Notes under the pieces: generated by a model
Told to the model about the DNA's origin: nothing
What the model saw: only the letters and a program-made list of their open reading frames with translations
Databases searched by the model: none
Source of the DNA: Lama glama
Taxonomy: Eukaryota
DNA length: 64,000 nucleotides
Direction of reading: 5' to 3'
NCBI GenBank assembly: GCA_028534125.1
Contig: CM052818.1
Location: 32,800,001-32,864,000, forward strand
Part shown: one piece after another, positions 10,986 to 23,540 of the stretch
How the letters are laid out: the number at the start of each line of letters is the position of its first letter
Numbering within the stretch: position 1 is the first letter of the stretch
Translations under genes and position numbers: made by a program

Positions 10986-13779
10986 AAACCCACTCACAGT
11001 TTTAAATGTATATATGATATAAATAATGATATTATATAATCAAATATGAGATATATGTAATATATATATAATAGGCATACATTAGTTATCATCAACTGAT
11101 ACTGTCCAGTTTTTAAACACTTGAAGTCTGTGGTTGGGAACAGAGCTAGCACTATCTTAACCATCGGGAAGCAGTTTTCCACAACTGCTCTTCCTCTTCC
11201 CAAACAGGCATATTCTACTCATTCTATTTCACTTCTTCCAAAGTAAGCTCAGTATTTGTAGTTTGAATAAAGTTCCCCAGGTGATTCTGCTATACTCCCA
11301 CTTTCACTTTAACTCCTTTTGGAGCCACTGATCAGAGTAAAAAGCTTTTACTGGATTTTCCAGGATACTCAGGAACTAGCTTCAGTTTAAACAATCACTC
11401 AAAAGCACTATAGGTCACACGAATGTGGTAATGGGGTCACTAAAGAGGATAGAGTGGTAAAGATCTTTGATCTGTGGTTAAGTAAAACTTAACCCAAGAA
11501 AATACACCGGAGGAATATGCACTATTCAAACAATAAATTAGTATACTGCTTTGCATTAAACAAAAACAAAAAATTAAATGTAAAAGGTGCTTTGAAAATT
11601 TACATGATTTGCCCACCTGAAAAAGGAAAACACAAAGCAACTCATAAAACTACTAGAAGTGTTACAGCTAATTAGTAATCTGATGTAATAAAAAAGAATC
11701 AAGAAAATGTTGTGGAACTACAATCAACTTTTTAAATTGAGATCAAGTCCTGCTGATTTCCCTCCTGATGTAAAGAAATTCAGGCCAAATTTTAACTTGC
11801 ACGTTTATTTAATACCTAAACAACAACAACAAACAAACAAATAAGCCCCAATAACTGTAGCTATTCTGCTAGGCAGCTTTACTTTAATTTGAGTTAATTT
11901 AATTAGCATGTAACATCACTAAAAATCAAGGCAGACAAAAATTTAAGACAAAAAATAATTACTTATTAGAAAATCCAAGTCTGTTTTGGATGTCTTTGAA
12001 CAAGTCTAGATTTTGGAAAGGTTGGAAGGAGAAGAGGAGCCTTGAGAATTTAAGAATCCCAAGGAGACACTGTCAAAACTAAATATACTTCCCAGGACTA
12101 AGAAGCAAGTAATGATACACTTTACTGACAGAGAGCAGGCTGAAAAGGCCTGAAAATCACTTGTTCAGATTGGGAGTTCCTTGAATGAAGAGACTGAGTC
12201 TTACCTTTCGATTCCTGGTGACTAGCACAAAGCAGGTCAATAAATTTCTGCTAATTTAAAAGGGGAAAATGTCTGGGCTAGAATTCTCACCAAAAAAAAA
12301 AAAAAAAAAAAAAAAAGAAGAAGAAAAGAAAATGAAAGAAAAAGATCAACCAAACCAGAACAGAGCCCTTATGTAATTTGAATTCACAGAAACAAATAGA
12401 ATCACTGCCTATTTTCCCCCTGGCATCTTTTCCCCAATAACCTCAAACAATCCACCAGTGCAGTCTCTTAATTATCTATAATCATAAAAAGATATATCTG
12501 ACTTTAAAGGTCCCATATCAAACATTTTAAAACACATACCTCTACTGTTTTATGCCTATAAAGTATATAAATAGGTAAATATACGGAAAACAAATCGAAG
12601 AAGCTGAGATACAGCATCAGATTTTTACATACTTAAATTTACAAGCCAAGTTTAAAATGTATAAAAATTAGTGGTGGTCATAAGTATCCCCCAAAGTCAA
12701 CAAGACATTGAAATTTTAAAGCAGCTATATTTCCCTCTTAGAACAACGCATAATTACAAAAAAAAATTTTTTTTCCAAAGCAAATGTCTCACTAGCAAGA
12801 TGTTCACATCCGTTAAAATCCAGTCTTTAAATAGTGAACACAGACTACAGGCACCAGGGGGCCTCCCAGGAATAACTTGATAGTAAAAGAAAAGGCAAAT
12901 AAGAGTTCTTGGTAAAACTTTGCTTCGTATTCAGTCTTAACACTGAAGGAAGGCTTTAACATCTGGAACAAAAACACTGTAGTTTGTTACACAACTAGTA
13001 CACACAGAACTGATGAGACACCGACACACTGGTTTAAAAAAGGAACTAGCGCCTTTCCCGCCGCCCCCCAATCATACAATCTTCTGTGATTATTTTTCCA
13101 AACGTTAAGTACATACTGCTTCACTGCAGCAATTATCTTCAGGAAATTTGAAAATAAGTAACAATACATATGAAATCCTTCAAAAGTTTCTGACAGAGGA
13201 CTCTAAGATTTTGAAAAATGGCTTAATTTCTTTCCTATACACTCACAAAAAGCAGTTAGTGACGACGCAAATTTTTGCGTAAAGAGATTCACTGGAAGAA
13301 GACCGCGGCTGACTTTGAATAATATCCCGGCCTCTCCATCTCTTCGCTTTCTCTCAATCCCCGTCCCTAACAAAACTATCCAATTAAAAACAGAAGGGCC
13401 CAAAAACTTCAAAAGCTGCAAAGACTTGTAAATGTCTCTTACATACAAGAATGGCTTTACAATATACCATTTCTAAGTTTGTTCCGAAAACTGCTCAAAC
13501 CTGTTAAAATTCTCAAATCTGATAATCAATACCTTCAGCAAACATGTCTATATATTTCATATTTCTTGTGTGCATTTCAGCTCGATCAAAGACTTTTGTT
13601 TTACTATTCTTTAAAGCTAAATAACAAATGGGAGGTACTCAACTCCCGCTAATGTTATCTTCTCCTTAAATAAAGTTCGTCCTGTAGCATCATGTAAAAT
13701 TGCTGAAGAGATCAAAGAATCGTCTCAAGGAGAAAATTTTTAATAAAATTCCCTCCCGGAACAAGAACTGAAGGCAGCC

Positions 13780-14860
13780 AAGGGCAAGGCACAAAGAGAA
13801 CAGAGGAGAAATACACGTTCCACCGGCGTACAATGCACAGGAGCACGCATCTTGGCACCTTCCTTGGGAAGGGTCACCCAGCACCCCGGGGCTCCTCGCA
13901 ACCCCCGGGCCCGCGCGCCGCCGTGCGGGTCCCTGAAGGTCCGCGGGGGCACTGCCCGCCCGCGAGGACAGCCCCTCTCGTCCTGCCTCGCCCGGCCGTG
14001 TTCCCTGAGGCCGCTCCCCCAGGCCCACCAGTTTCTTCGCCCACTCCTCGGCAGGCGCCTCGGGGCGGGAAAGGGGGTCCCCTAGGACTCCGGCGGCGGA
14101 AGGGAAGAGAGGGCAGAGGGACGCGACCCCTCCCCGAGGCCGGCCGGGCCCCGACTCACCCTCCAGCAGTCGGGTGATGAGACTGTCCACGTTCAGCTCC
14201 CCGTCCGCCATCTTGTCGGCACCAGACGCTCCTTCCCGGCAGCGGGAACAAGGGCTTCTCGGCGGCGGAGGCTGCGGCGACCGCTCGGCGTTCCCTCACC
14301 TACAAGTCACGCGGCGTTTCGACCCCGGTTCCAACTCCCCCTTCCCCCAAGCCCTCCCCCCACCCCTCCCCACCAAGTAGTGGAGCGCGCACACACTCGG
14401 AGGCACCCAACATAAATAAATAAATAAACGAGCGGAGCCCCCACGAACCGGGCCGCGTCAGACACAGCCGCCACCTCCTCCTCCTCGGCACCGCCCAACT
14501 CCGCAAAGCTCACCAGCGCCGCCGACGGCCCCACCCGCAGCGCCACTCACTCCACACCGCCCTTCCCCGCCACCGCGCCACGCAGCCCTCCGCGCAGGCG
14601 CACGGCGCACTCCTTCGCGGTCCCCCCCTCTTCCCCCGGCCCCAGCGCAATCGCACTGGACTCAGTTCTCCCGCCGCCGCCTTCGCGCAGGTGCGTCGCT
14701 CTCCCTCGCCACTTCCACTGCGCCGAATCGCCGCAGCTGCGCAGGCGCCCCCGAGGCTCCCGGGGTTTACTGAGCTGGGGAAGCTCCCTTACGCAGAGCG
14801 CGCGTAGGCAGCGCTGACCTTCCCGCTTCCAGCTGCTTGGTCCCGGGCTCTCTGCAGCCG
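13780..14860. promoter_or_regulatory. CpG island / PPP1CB promoter and 5' UTR
   Basis: Abrupt GC- and CpG-rich block around exon 1. GC boxes, NRF1-type GCGCAGGCGCA (14592-14602) and TGCGCAGGCGC (14738-14748), YY1 CCGCCATCTT (14205-14214). No TATA box seen. Confidence 0.92.
14160..14211 (-). CDS. PPP1CB: PPP1CB coding exon 1 (serine/threonine protein phosphatase PP1-beta catalytic subunit), 52 nt, phase-1 intron follows
   Basis: Translation MADGELNVDSLITRLLE is the PP1-beta N-terminus (distinct from PPP1CA and PPP1CC N-termini). ATG at 14211-14209 in AAGATGG context. Consensus donor G|GTGAGT at 14160|14159-14154. Lies in a CpG island. Confidence 0.97.
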
Positions 14861-15630
14861 TAGTTGTTCTCCTCCCACCTCACTTTTCTTTTCTTGGTTT
14901 CAATCCCTGGTTTTGCTAGCAATTCCTCGTTTCTGTTAAGCGGGAAAGGTGGACTGCATTACCCATGTTTGAAACTGGGTTTGCGCGTTTGGGAAGCAAC
15001 AAGGGGTTACTCTGCTGGAAAACTTGACATTGCAAGTAAAGGGATTTATACCCTAAGGTTCCACAAGGTTAGTTGCCTAAGTGTCCCTGGATGAAATTAA
15101 ATTCAAGTGGGCCCTGGAAGGGTCCGTAATAATAATATTTCACATGGTTATTACTCTTCCTTCTATAGAGCGCTTTCACATACCTTGCATCTCTTTCCAT
15201 TCTGTGGATACTGTTTTTCCACAGTGCTTTAACGACCAAAAAAAAAAAAACTTCATTATATTGCTTAACCATCCTACCTTGTAATTGTTTATGCGTGTAT
15301 TTCCTGCACTCGACTGTGAGCTCTTACAGGGTAAACCCACTTTAACCTTTGTGCTTTCAGCTCTGGTGCGTGGAAGAGAGGGACAAAGAAACCCGGAGAC
15401 TCAGGAAGGTTGGTGGCCCACCTCTTCTTTCCACTATATAATTCTACTTCTAGAAAGGCAAGCGGAAGAGTAGCCATGCAAAGGATCTAGGTAAGCCAGA
15501 GTTTTTGGTCTGTTCTCAGAGGTGGTCAGACCAAAAGTCTTCACTCATTCTTCAGGTGTTTGTCCAGAAACTCAAAACAAGATGCTGCCTCAAACTCAAG
15601 GCAGCAGCACTTCTCACATTCACATATCAC

Positions 15631-15875
15631 TAATAATAGTTAACATTTGTGTGATCCCTGTTTGTGCTCTGGCACTGTTTTGAATGTTATAGAACATGTG
15701 CTATTTCATTTAATCCTCACACCAGCCCTATGAGGTAGGTACTATTATTATCTCTACTTTGTAGATGGAATTTATTGAGGCACAGAATGGTTAAATACCT
15801 AGCCCAAATCACACAAGTAAGAGGAGGATCTGGGATTCAAATCTAAGCATCTATGCCAGAGTCTACTCTTAACAG
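15631..15875 (-). mobile_element. MIR SINE, near full length
   Basis: catttaatcctcacaccagccctatgaggtaggtactattattatctctactttgtagatgg...gaggcacagaatggttaaatacctagcccaaatcacac...ctgggattcaaatc. Confidence 0.9.
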
Positions 15876-17465
15876 TTGTGATATACTCCCTTTCAGTGTA
15901 TGTGAGTTGAGATGCTTAAATATGTGTGTGCTATGTCATGGACTTCAAAAATAGAAACCATAGGTTTTGGGGGGAAAAAGCATTGTCCAATCAAGTGCTT
16001 TATCATAGTTCAGATGACTTACAAAGATAGGATTTCCTCATGCCTTTTCCCCCTAGCTTTCTCTCCATTTCAGGATTTAGTTTGTGCATTGATGGTGAAC
16101 ATAGAACAGGTGACAGGTTTATAATGGTGGTCCTGTCTGGAGTAGTTTTCACAGACTCTTACTGCTGCCAGTTCATCTTGGGGCCTTTAGCGGTGAAGAA
16201 ATGGATCCGCATCAAACTCTTGTTAAAGGACATTTATTTACACCTTGCTTTATTCCAGAAAAAGGGATTTAAGGTAGACTGCGTAAATACGTACGGTAGG
16301 ATAAATTAAAAATAAGTGCAGAGCGAAATAGGATGAAAGAAAACTGAGAGTGGGAAAAGATAAGATAAAGCCAACAGTTTTATGTGCAAAATGCATGGTA
16401 TAAGGTCCTATTGGTTCGCTAGGGATAGGTCACAAATATGATTCTAAACTTTCTAGCAACCAAGGAAAACTACAACCAATCAGTAGCAGGTGGAGTAGGT
16501 GTTCTGGCTGAGCTGGAACTGGGACTTGAATAGACCAGCTACTGGAGTTGGATGCCACTTTCCCAAATCTCTTCCATGAGCCTCTTAAATAGTAACAGAA
16601 TGCTTGAGAACACTTAAACAAGTGTCTGTTTATCCTCCAACTTTCATGGGGTCCGTGAATCCTATGAAAAAGGACTTTGAACCCTGTCCACAATTAGGGT
16701 TCAAACACATGCAGACATATTTAATGGACAAGGGACACCCAAAGGAAAGTGGATTTCACGGAGAGAACGTGAGCATCTGAGAGAAAATCACCACAAATGG
16801 AGTAGGGTAGGATGAGGCCAGTTTTAGCAGAGTTCTGGGAGTCAGAGGACTTAGAGAATGGTTCTGAGTACTGCCTGCTGCGGCCTGCAGGTGAAGATGC
16901 CCCTTCACCACCACCCCCACCGGGTTTTCTAGTGCCTTAGACTCCTGGGAAAGAACAGGCTATCAGAAAAATAAAGAGCTGTATCTCTGGTGGCCTAGCC
17001 AACACTTCTGTGGGATCTCCCTCCAAAAATTTATATAAGAATTCTGATTCAGACTTCTTCAGATTTTGAAGTTTGACTAGTGCATGTACTATATATTGTT
17101 TAACACCCTAGCAACTTCTGGGGCAGCTCACTACTAACTGAAATATTAATTTTATAAGAGAAAATCAGATGAATATCCATGTCATGTAAGGTAAATAAAG
17201 ATTACATTTTGTCTCTTATCAGTTCAGGTCAGAGTTGCCATTAAGGTAGCCCCCCCCCTTCTTTTTCAGAAGGAAATGTATTTATTGAAGGAACATTGGA
17301 AAACAAAGAAAAAATTAGAAAATCACCTATAATTCCACCAGCCATAGATTAACTGCTTTCCTGTCTAATTTTTGAATATATATTTGTATGTAATTTATAT
17401 ATTTATATATAATATGTAATATTATAATAAAAGCATATTTGATGTCTTTATTTATAATACATATA

Positions 17466-17901
17466 TAGTGGATGTCCCCTGCTATCTGAGAGTAGAGCGT
17501 TCCTATGAAACCTTTCATAAGCTGAAATGACATAAAGCAAAGAAGCAATTACCCTAGGATGCATCTTGCTAACAGACGCACAAAAACTGAGTTAAAGCAC
17601 AGATGCTTACAGATACAGTTCAGAGTTAAGGTGGCTTGATACTGAGATGTTGAGTATAGTTTAGTTCCCAGGGAACAAGCTTGGCGGTGCCACTCTCACT
17701 GCTTGGAGTGAGTGCACACTGCCTCTTTAACAACCACTCTCTGCAAAACTGATTCTAAGTGCTATTTTTACTTTTCACTTTTTTTTCATAAAAATGAAAA
17801 TCCTCTTTGAATTTCATTCAGTGAGTGAAAAAAGATACGTAGATCTTCTGTGACCTTTGCAATGTTGCATAAAATGAACTTTCTAAAGACGGGATAGCTG
17901 T
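17466..17901. mobile_element. Non-autonomous TcMar-Tigger-type element
   Basis: Imperfect terminal inverted repeats (atgtcccctgctatctgagagt / actttctaaagacgggatagctg) flanked by TA dinucleotides. Internal sequence resembles laurasiatherian Tigger derivatives. Confidence 0.65.
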
Positions 17902-18574
17902 ATACCTATTTTATAAAATTGGGATCACACTTCATTTCCATCTCATCCTACTTTAAGTGATTTCTTTTGGTGCCACATTTATGTGAAACTCAGTTTTCAA
18001 AGTTTATTTGGACTTTAAAATGTGAATAAGAGATTTGAGGACAGAGGAAGAGGTAAGAGGTGGAGATCTGGAGGCTGGAGGAGACAATGCTGCAGGTGGC
18101 AACAACAAGAGGCAGTTGGAGCCTCCAAGAGGTTCAAGGGTAGGTGCGTGCCAAAGAGGGAGAAGCCTCACTTGGCAGGTACTGACACTGAGGAAGCCGT
18201 TGGCCTGAGTGTGAGCAATGGCCTGTGGGCAGGGTGGGGGTCATCAATTAGGGAAGCCAGCAGCTTAGAAGCAAAGACACAAGAAGGCTGCTGGAGGTAT
18301 GGGAGATGTTGGTTGGACCACTACAAAAACGTGGTGGGCAGCAGCTTTGTCGAGCACCCGAGCTTAGAAACCAGCAGACTCTAGAGCAGGAGACTGGCAG
18401 GCAATAGTTCTGATTGCATGTAGAAAGTTGCCTCCCACTCTTTCTGGACATGTGGCAGGACTCAGGAAGGATCAGGCTAAGGTCCTGCTCCTGGTTAGAG
18501 CAGTATTATGCATCTAACAGTACTACAGGGCAAACTACTAGCTGGGACTCCCAACCCAGTGGGACTTTAGATGT

Positions 18575-18981
18575 GATATGAGGGAGCGAGCTTACACTGG
18601 CTCAGTACAGCAGATTGTTAAACTTTCAAGAATTTTGCAAGCCTGTTGTTAAAGAGAGACACTTTAAAAACTGAATTATACAGACTTACAAATAAATAAA
18701 TTATAACAGAAAGAAAGGTAACAATTGCTCAAGACTCATCACATTCTATTTATATTGCTACATTTTACTATTACGATAGTCAAGAGATTGTTAACATATA
18801 TCTGTATAGTGGAAATACTGTATAATGAAATGTTACTATGCATCTCTTTCCAGTTTCAAGTTCAGTACTATCATATTGGCCATGGTAGGAGTATTGACAC
18901 CAAGGAAATTAGCACATTCTACAAATCTATGGCTTTTCTACCAGAAAGCTGGTTGTTAAACATTTACCAGCACGCCACTGG
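18575..18981 (+). mobile_element. MER63-type hAT-Blackjack element
   Basis: Repeated gattgttaaa / ggttgttaaa motifs and terminus aaacatttaccagcacgccactgg. Confidence 0.8.
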
Positions 18982-19887
18982 GTTTATGGAGATATAACAT
19001 GTATGTTAATGTCCTTGGGTAATTCCAGAAATGTCTGTGGGGGGAAACTAGACTTCCTGATTATAAGGGACTTGGGGAATCATGATTTAGTGTTTTAATA
19101 AAATCATGATCTTATTCATACTTACTAACGGGAAGTGCCTGGGACAGACTAGTGCTCAGAGGAGCCCAACCATCACTATTCTGAGACGAGAGACATGTCC
19201 CTATGGATTGTCCTTAGAGAAGGCACTTTGGAACACAGTGAACAGCAGCGTCATGATTCCTTTTAGTAAACACAGCACAGACTTTCATAGGGATATTTTA
19301 TATGCCTCTCAATTTTGGCCAATGGCCAATATGTTGTGAAAGTGAATAGGGTTAAGTAGCAAAACGTGGAGGTTGTAGTAGTGATATACAGCTGTTTGCT
19401 GCCCTGACTAATCCAGGGTAGGTAATAAATGAATGAATTGACATTCATCAGGCCGTCCTTTCATGAACATGATTCCTCTTAATCAAGTCTTTAATAAGCC
19501 TTGAATGACAGTAAGTTCTAAATTTTACTATTACACCTTGAGGGCAACCATTCTGTATATCCAATGTCATTAGCTTTTGTGTCAGCCTAATTCAAGGATA
19601 TTGAGAAACCAGACAAGGACACATGCATCAGTAGGAGGCCACCTCTGTCAATGCAGAGCCAGGCCTAGGTATACATCCAGGCAGGGCCAAGATTTTCTCT
19701 TAATATTTGGTTTTGGTTTCATTTCAGTACACATATGGGGAATTACCAAGCACCAAAGTTATCAGCTAAGTCATAAGGTGTGTCCTCAGTCATTTTAGCT
19801 CCCCAAATTAAAAAGCCAGGTATAACTAAGTGCGTCTTTCCCTGCTCTTGACCAATAACTTCTCCCTCCCCCACTTCTAACTCCCCC

Positions 19888-19924
<37 letters not shown>

Positions 19925-19947
19925 GCACACACGCACGCACGCACGCG
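19888..19947. repeat. (CA)n/(CACG)n microsatellite
   Basis: Directly visible. Confidence 0.97.
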
Positions 19948-21132
19948 CTCAGTGGAGCATTGTCTCTTAAGGTAACTCTTTAGTATGTCCTTCAGATAAA
20001 ATGATCACAAAATAAATGCCTAGTGATTGAAGAAGTTAACTGGCTGTATAGAACTGTTAACTATAAGGCAATTAAAGTTGAGTGGGCAGTTATCACAAAG
20101 GATGACTAATTTTTGAAGAGTTGATCTGTGGCTCTTCTTTCTTTTTCTTGCAGTTAGATGACAGGGCCAGCTATCTAATTAAGTCGCTCCCAGTTTGTTA
20201 CAATAAAACAGTATCATCTACATATATGGATTGTTTCTCTTTCAATGCTCTTCCATCCTGCCCATTCAAAGATAGTCAAGAAATAACTAAATATGTTTGT
20301 TGGTGAAGAAAAGAACATCAAATGGGAAAGTTTGTTTCAAATAAAACTATTTAAATACCTTGTTTCTAATAATGGTGGCTCTCCTCATGTAGTATATCCA
20401 GATTATGTATGTTACCTTTTCAACTGGAGAAGGTTTACCTCTGAATGGTTTCATAAGTCTCTGTTTCAGTTGGTTTTGGTAAATAAAACAAAGCGTTATT
20501 AAGTTTTCTAATGTAGTTATAAAATGAGAGGTTCTCCCCTAAGACAATGTTAAAATTAATGGCATGTATCTTCTAAAACTAAAACCAGATGTGTCTGTGA
20601 GCTGCGAAAAATATTTGTGAGAGTGACATCCAACACCAATAGATCCTTTATGAAGGAAACACTGATTAAATAGAATATTTTTGAATTATTCAAATCTATA
20701 TTTAAACCACATCCAGCCTACTACAGATAAATTCTTAATTGAAATGCCCTAATATTGCTTGTTATTTGAAGACATTTTACAGCAGATAGACCTCTAAAGC
20801 AAAGTGAATAATGAACTGATTCAGTATTTTTGAAATATTTAGTATGCTTGATTTTGTGCTAAAGAAGACATGATCTTCCCAACTTTCAAGTGGTTTAATG
20901 GTTATTTGGGAAAATGACCACAAAATGATTTGGATAGTGGGAAAAGCATTGGCTTGGAGATGGGAGGCCAAAGTAGCTGAATAACCGTAGACAACTCTGT
21001 CTTTCTGAACCTTGGCTTCATTCCCTACAAAATTTGTCCATTAATAAATGATCTCCAAAGTTTCTTCTAGCTCTAACAAATCTCTGATTCTAAGACACAC
21101 AAGTGAAACCCAAAATGTAACATAATATGGGA

Positions 21133-21250
21133 CAGGCTGTCCCCAACTTAGGAACTGGATCAACTCCAAAGGTCAATTGTTTGGAACACAGAATATATTT
21201 TCCCACAGAGACTGTGGTACAAGTGATGGTTAAATTCCCAGATCTGTCTG
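21133..21250 (+). mobile_element. Ancient Tigger-like terminal fragment
   Basis: caggctgtccccaacttaggaac...gtttggaacacagaatatattttcccacagagac resembles Tigger subterminal sequence. Confidence 0.5.
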
Positions 21251-22369
21251 CAAAATCAATTTAATCCTTAATGTAACTGTAGAAGAGTATCCATGGTAAT
21301 ATGGACTCTAACCACCAATTACGTGTAACAAAGTTGGTGGGAAAAGCCATTGAGGATTCTAATTTGGCATGGCGGAACACATCTATCATGTTTTCTACTA
21401 CCCTGAGCAATAGGCATGAAGCAATTCTAGTTCTAATTTACAGGCAGACCTGGGCCCCGGATGTGAAACAAAGGCTAGACTGGTGGTGTGGAGAGTAAAG
21501 GAAGCACTGATATCTCTCATCCCGGAGAGTGGTGGGCTGAGGACAGTTCGCGGTGTCTGGGGGTTTGGCTGCCAGGAGGGGATTGGTTACAATCCAAAGG
21601 ATAGGAAATACAAGGGCAGAAGGACAAAAAGGGAGTGAATCTGTATGTGCTGGGAACTTTTTAAAAAAGATACAATTGCTTTTGATTTCACTAGATTTGT
21701 GGTTGAGGAAGTTGAGATCTAGGAATGTTAAATTGCATTGAGTTAGTAGCAAAACTAGGACTTGAGTCTGGAATTTATGATTCTTAGCCCAGACCTATCT
21801 CTCTTTCCTCTCTCCCTCTCTCTCCTCCTTTCCGTCTGTCCCTCCCTCCCTGCCTCTCTCTCTCCCTCTGTCTCTCTATCCCTCTGTCCCTCTCTCCCTC
21901 CCCTTCCACCTCCCTCCCCTCCTTCTCTGATTTTTACTTGAAAGTTACGCTGTGCGAGAATCTATTTTTTTCATCCACCTCTCTTTCCTGCACAGGAATC
22001 CCTAAAACCCCGCACCCCCACCTCCATCTTTAGCCTGTTTTTCATCTTGTGGTCTTCCAGGGTAGTCTGGTCAATGATCAGCACGGCAGTTTTCTCTTTT
22101 GCCCTAACGTAGTTTAACAGTGCCACCAGCTCAAAGACTGACTTTCTAGTTGCTAAGAAGAGGCCCTTCATACTCCAGTCCAGGTTTGAACAAACCACCC
22201 GGAGAATGGGACTGAGTAATCCCAAACTCTGGTAACATTGGGGAACTTCCAGTAGTGATGTTTCTGTGAAGACAGAATCCAGACTGGCTGGGAGAGCCAG
22301 TGTCCCCGTGCCCAAGTGACGAGCATTGCTCCTGTGTCAGAAAGAAGGCTTCTGGCAGGCGGTTCCTGA

Positions 22370-22530
22370 GTGTACCACGTACTGGGAGTGTTTACTGATA
22401 TTATCATATTTAATCCCCCTGAAAGTCCTGTGAGGTAAGTATTTTCCCTTTTATAGTTGTGAGAATGAAGGCTCAAAGGCCTAGGCTTGCCTTGAGTCAC
22501 CAGGTCAGTCTGATTCCAAAGCCCTGGCTG
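22370..22530 (-). mobile_element. MIR SINE fragment
   Basis: tatttaatccccctgaaagtcctgtgaggtaagtattttcccttttatagttgtgagaatgaaggctc...tctgattccaaagcc. Confidence 0.75.
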
Positions 22531-23161
22531 GAACAACCAGGCAGCGCAGTATAAAGATTGGGGCTAGTTAGGTGGGACCGGCTCTGGGACACTGTAGTGA
22601 GAGGAAGTGGGGAGTGAATAGAGGATTGGGCTGGGTCAGTGGCAGTAGTCTGCTTTGATGGCAGGGATAGTTTGCTCACAGCAGGATAAGAGTGGGCAGA
22701 AGTTGGGCGATTTCTCAGTAGGGCAGAGACTTCAGGAATGAGAGGGAGGGAGGGTTCATTCACACCTACAGCCAGGGCCTGGGGGAATGCCTGTCCCACA
22801 CACCTGAGAGGCCTTCCCAGGCCAGACTAACAGTCTTACTGATGAAACCCTGATTTGTCCATATTTTATGCCAGGACTGCCAGACTAGTTCTCAGAAGTG
22901 TGGTTCAGATTCTGAACTTTTGAGAATTCTGAAGAGGGAGAGGGCTATGAGGTCAGGTTAGGCCACAATAGAAGTGGTGCAGCTGAGGGACTTGAACTGT
23001 GTTCTGAAGCATCATGGGATTTAGATCAGCATCTTTCAGATAGAGTGTCTGTGTGTTTGTTGTCAGAATCATCTAGGGAGCTTTCTGAAAATATCAGTGT
23101 TTGATTTCCTCTCCCCTTCTTAGGAAGTCCTATCTAATTCTCAACATTGGGAGTAGAGGAA

Positions 23162-23196
<35 letters not shown>

Positions 23197-23198
<2 letters not shown>

Positions 23199-23540
23199 TT
23201 TTTTTTTTAATTGAAGTATAGTCAGTTACAATGTGTCAATTTCTGGTGTACAGCATAATGTTTCAGTCATACATACACATACATATATTCATTTCCATAT
23301 TCTTTTTCATTGTAGGTTATTACAAGGTATTTAATATAGTTCCCTGTGCTATACAGAAGAAATTTGTTTTTTTAATCTATTTTATATATAGAGGTTAGTA
23401 TATGCATATCTGGAACTACCAATTTATCCCTTCCCACCTCCTTTCCCCTTCCGGTAACCATCAGTTTGTTTACCATGTCTGTGAGTCTGTTTCTGTTTGT
23501 AGATAAGTTCATTAGTGTCTTCTTTTTCTTTTCTTTTTTA
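23197..23540 (-). mobile_element. Camelid-type LINE-1 3' end, next to (TG)n (23162-23195), inserted in a MER5-like fragment
   Basis: Poly-T then aattgaagtatagtcagttacaatgtgtcaatttctggtgtacagc...ccggtaaccatcagtttgtttaccatgtctgtgagtctgtttctg. Confidence 0.9.

Larger units (their letters stand above)
1..14159 (-). other. PPP1CB: PPP1CB intron 1 (partial; exon 2 lies beyond the left edge)
   Basis: Starts at the GTGAGT donor. No sequence encoding the expected continuation (VRGCRPGKIVQMTEAEV...) was seen in 1-14159. Region is AT-rich and repeat-dense. Confidence 0.88.

Noticed and set aside
12292..12343. Orphan poly(A)/(GAA) tract as a retroposon tail
   Set aside because: No element body or TSD found; treated as a simple repeat.
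13265..13280. Inverted repeat acgcaaa-tt-tttgcgt
   Set aside because: A 7-bp stem is expected by chance in 64 kb.
13690..14211. 173-aa ORF beginning MADGELNVDSLITRLLE as a full protein
   Set aside because: Only the first 17 codons match PP1-beta. The rest is read-through past the GTGAGT donor into GC-rich intron sequence where stops are rare, and no nearby poly(A) signal supports an intronic-polyadenylation isoform.
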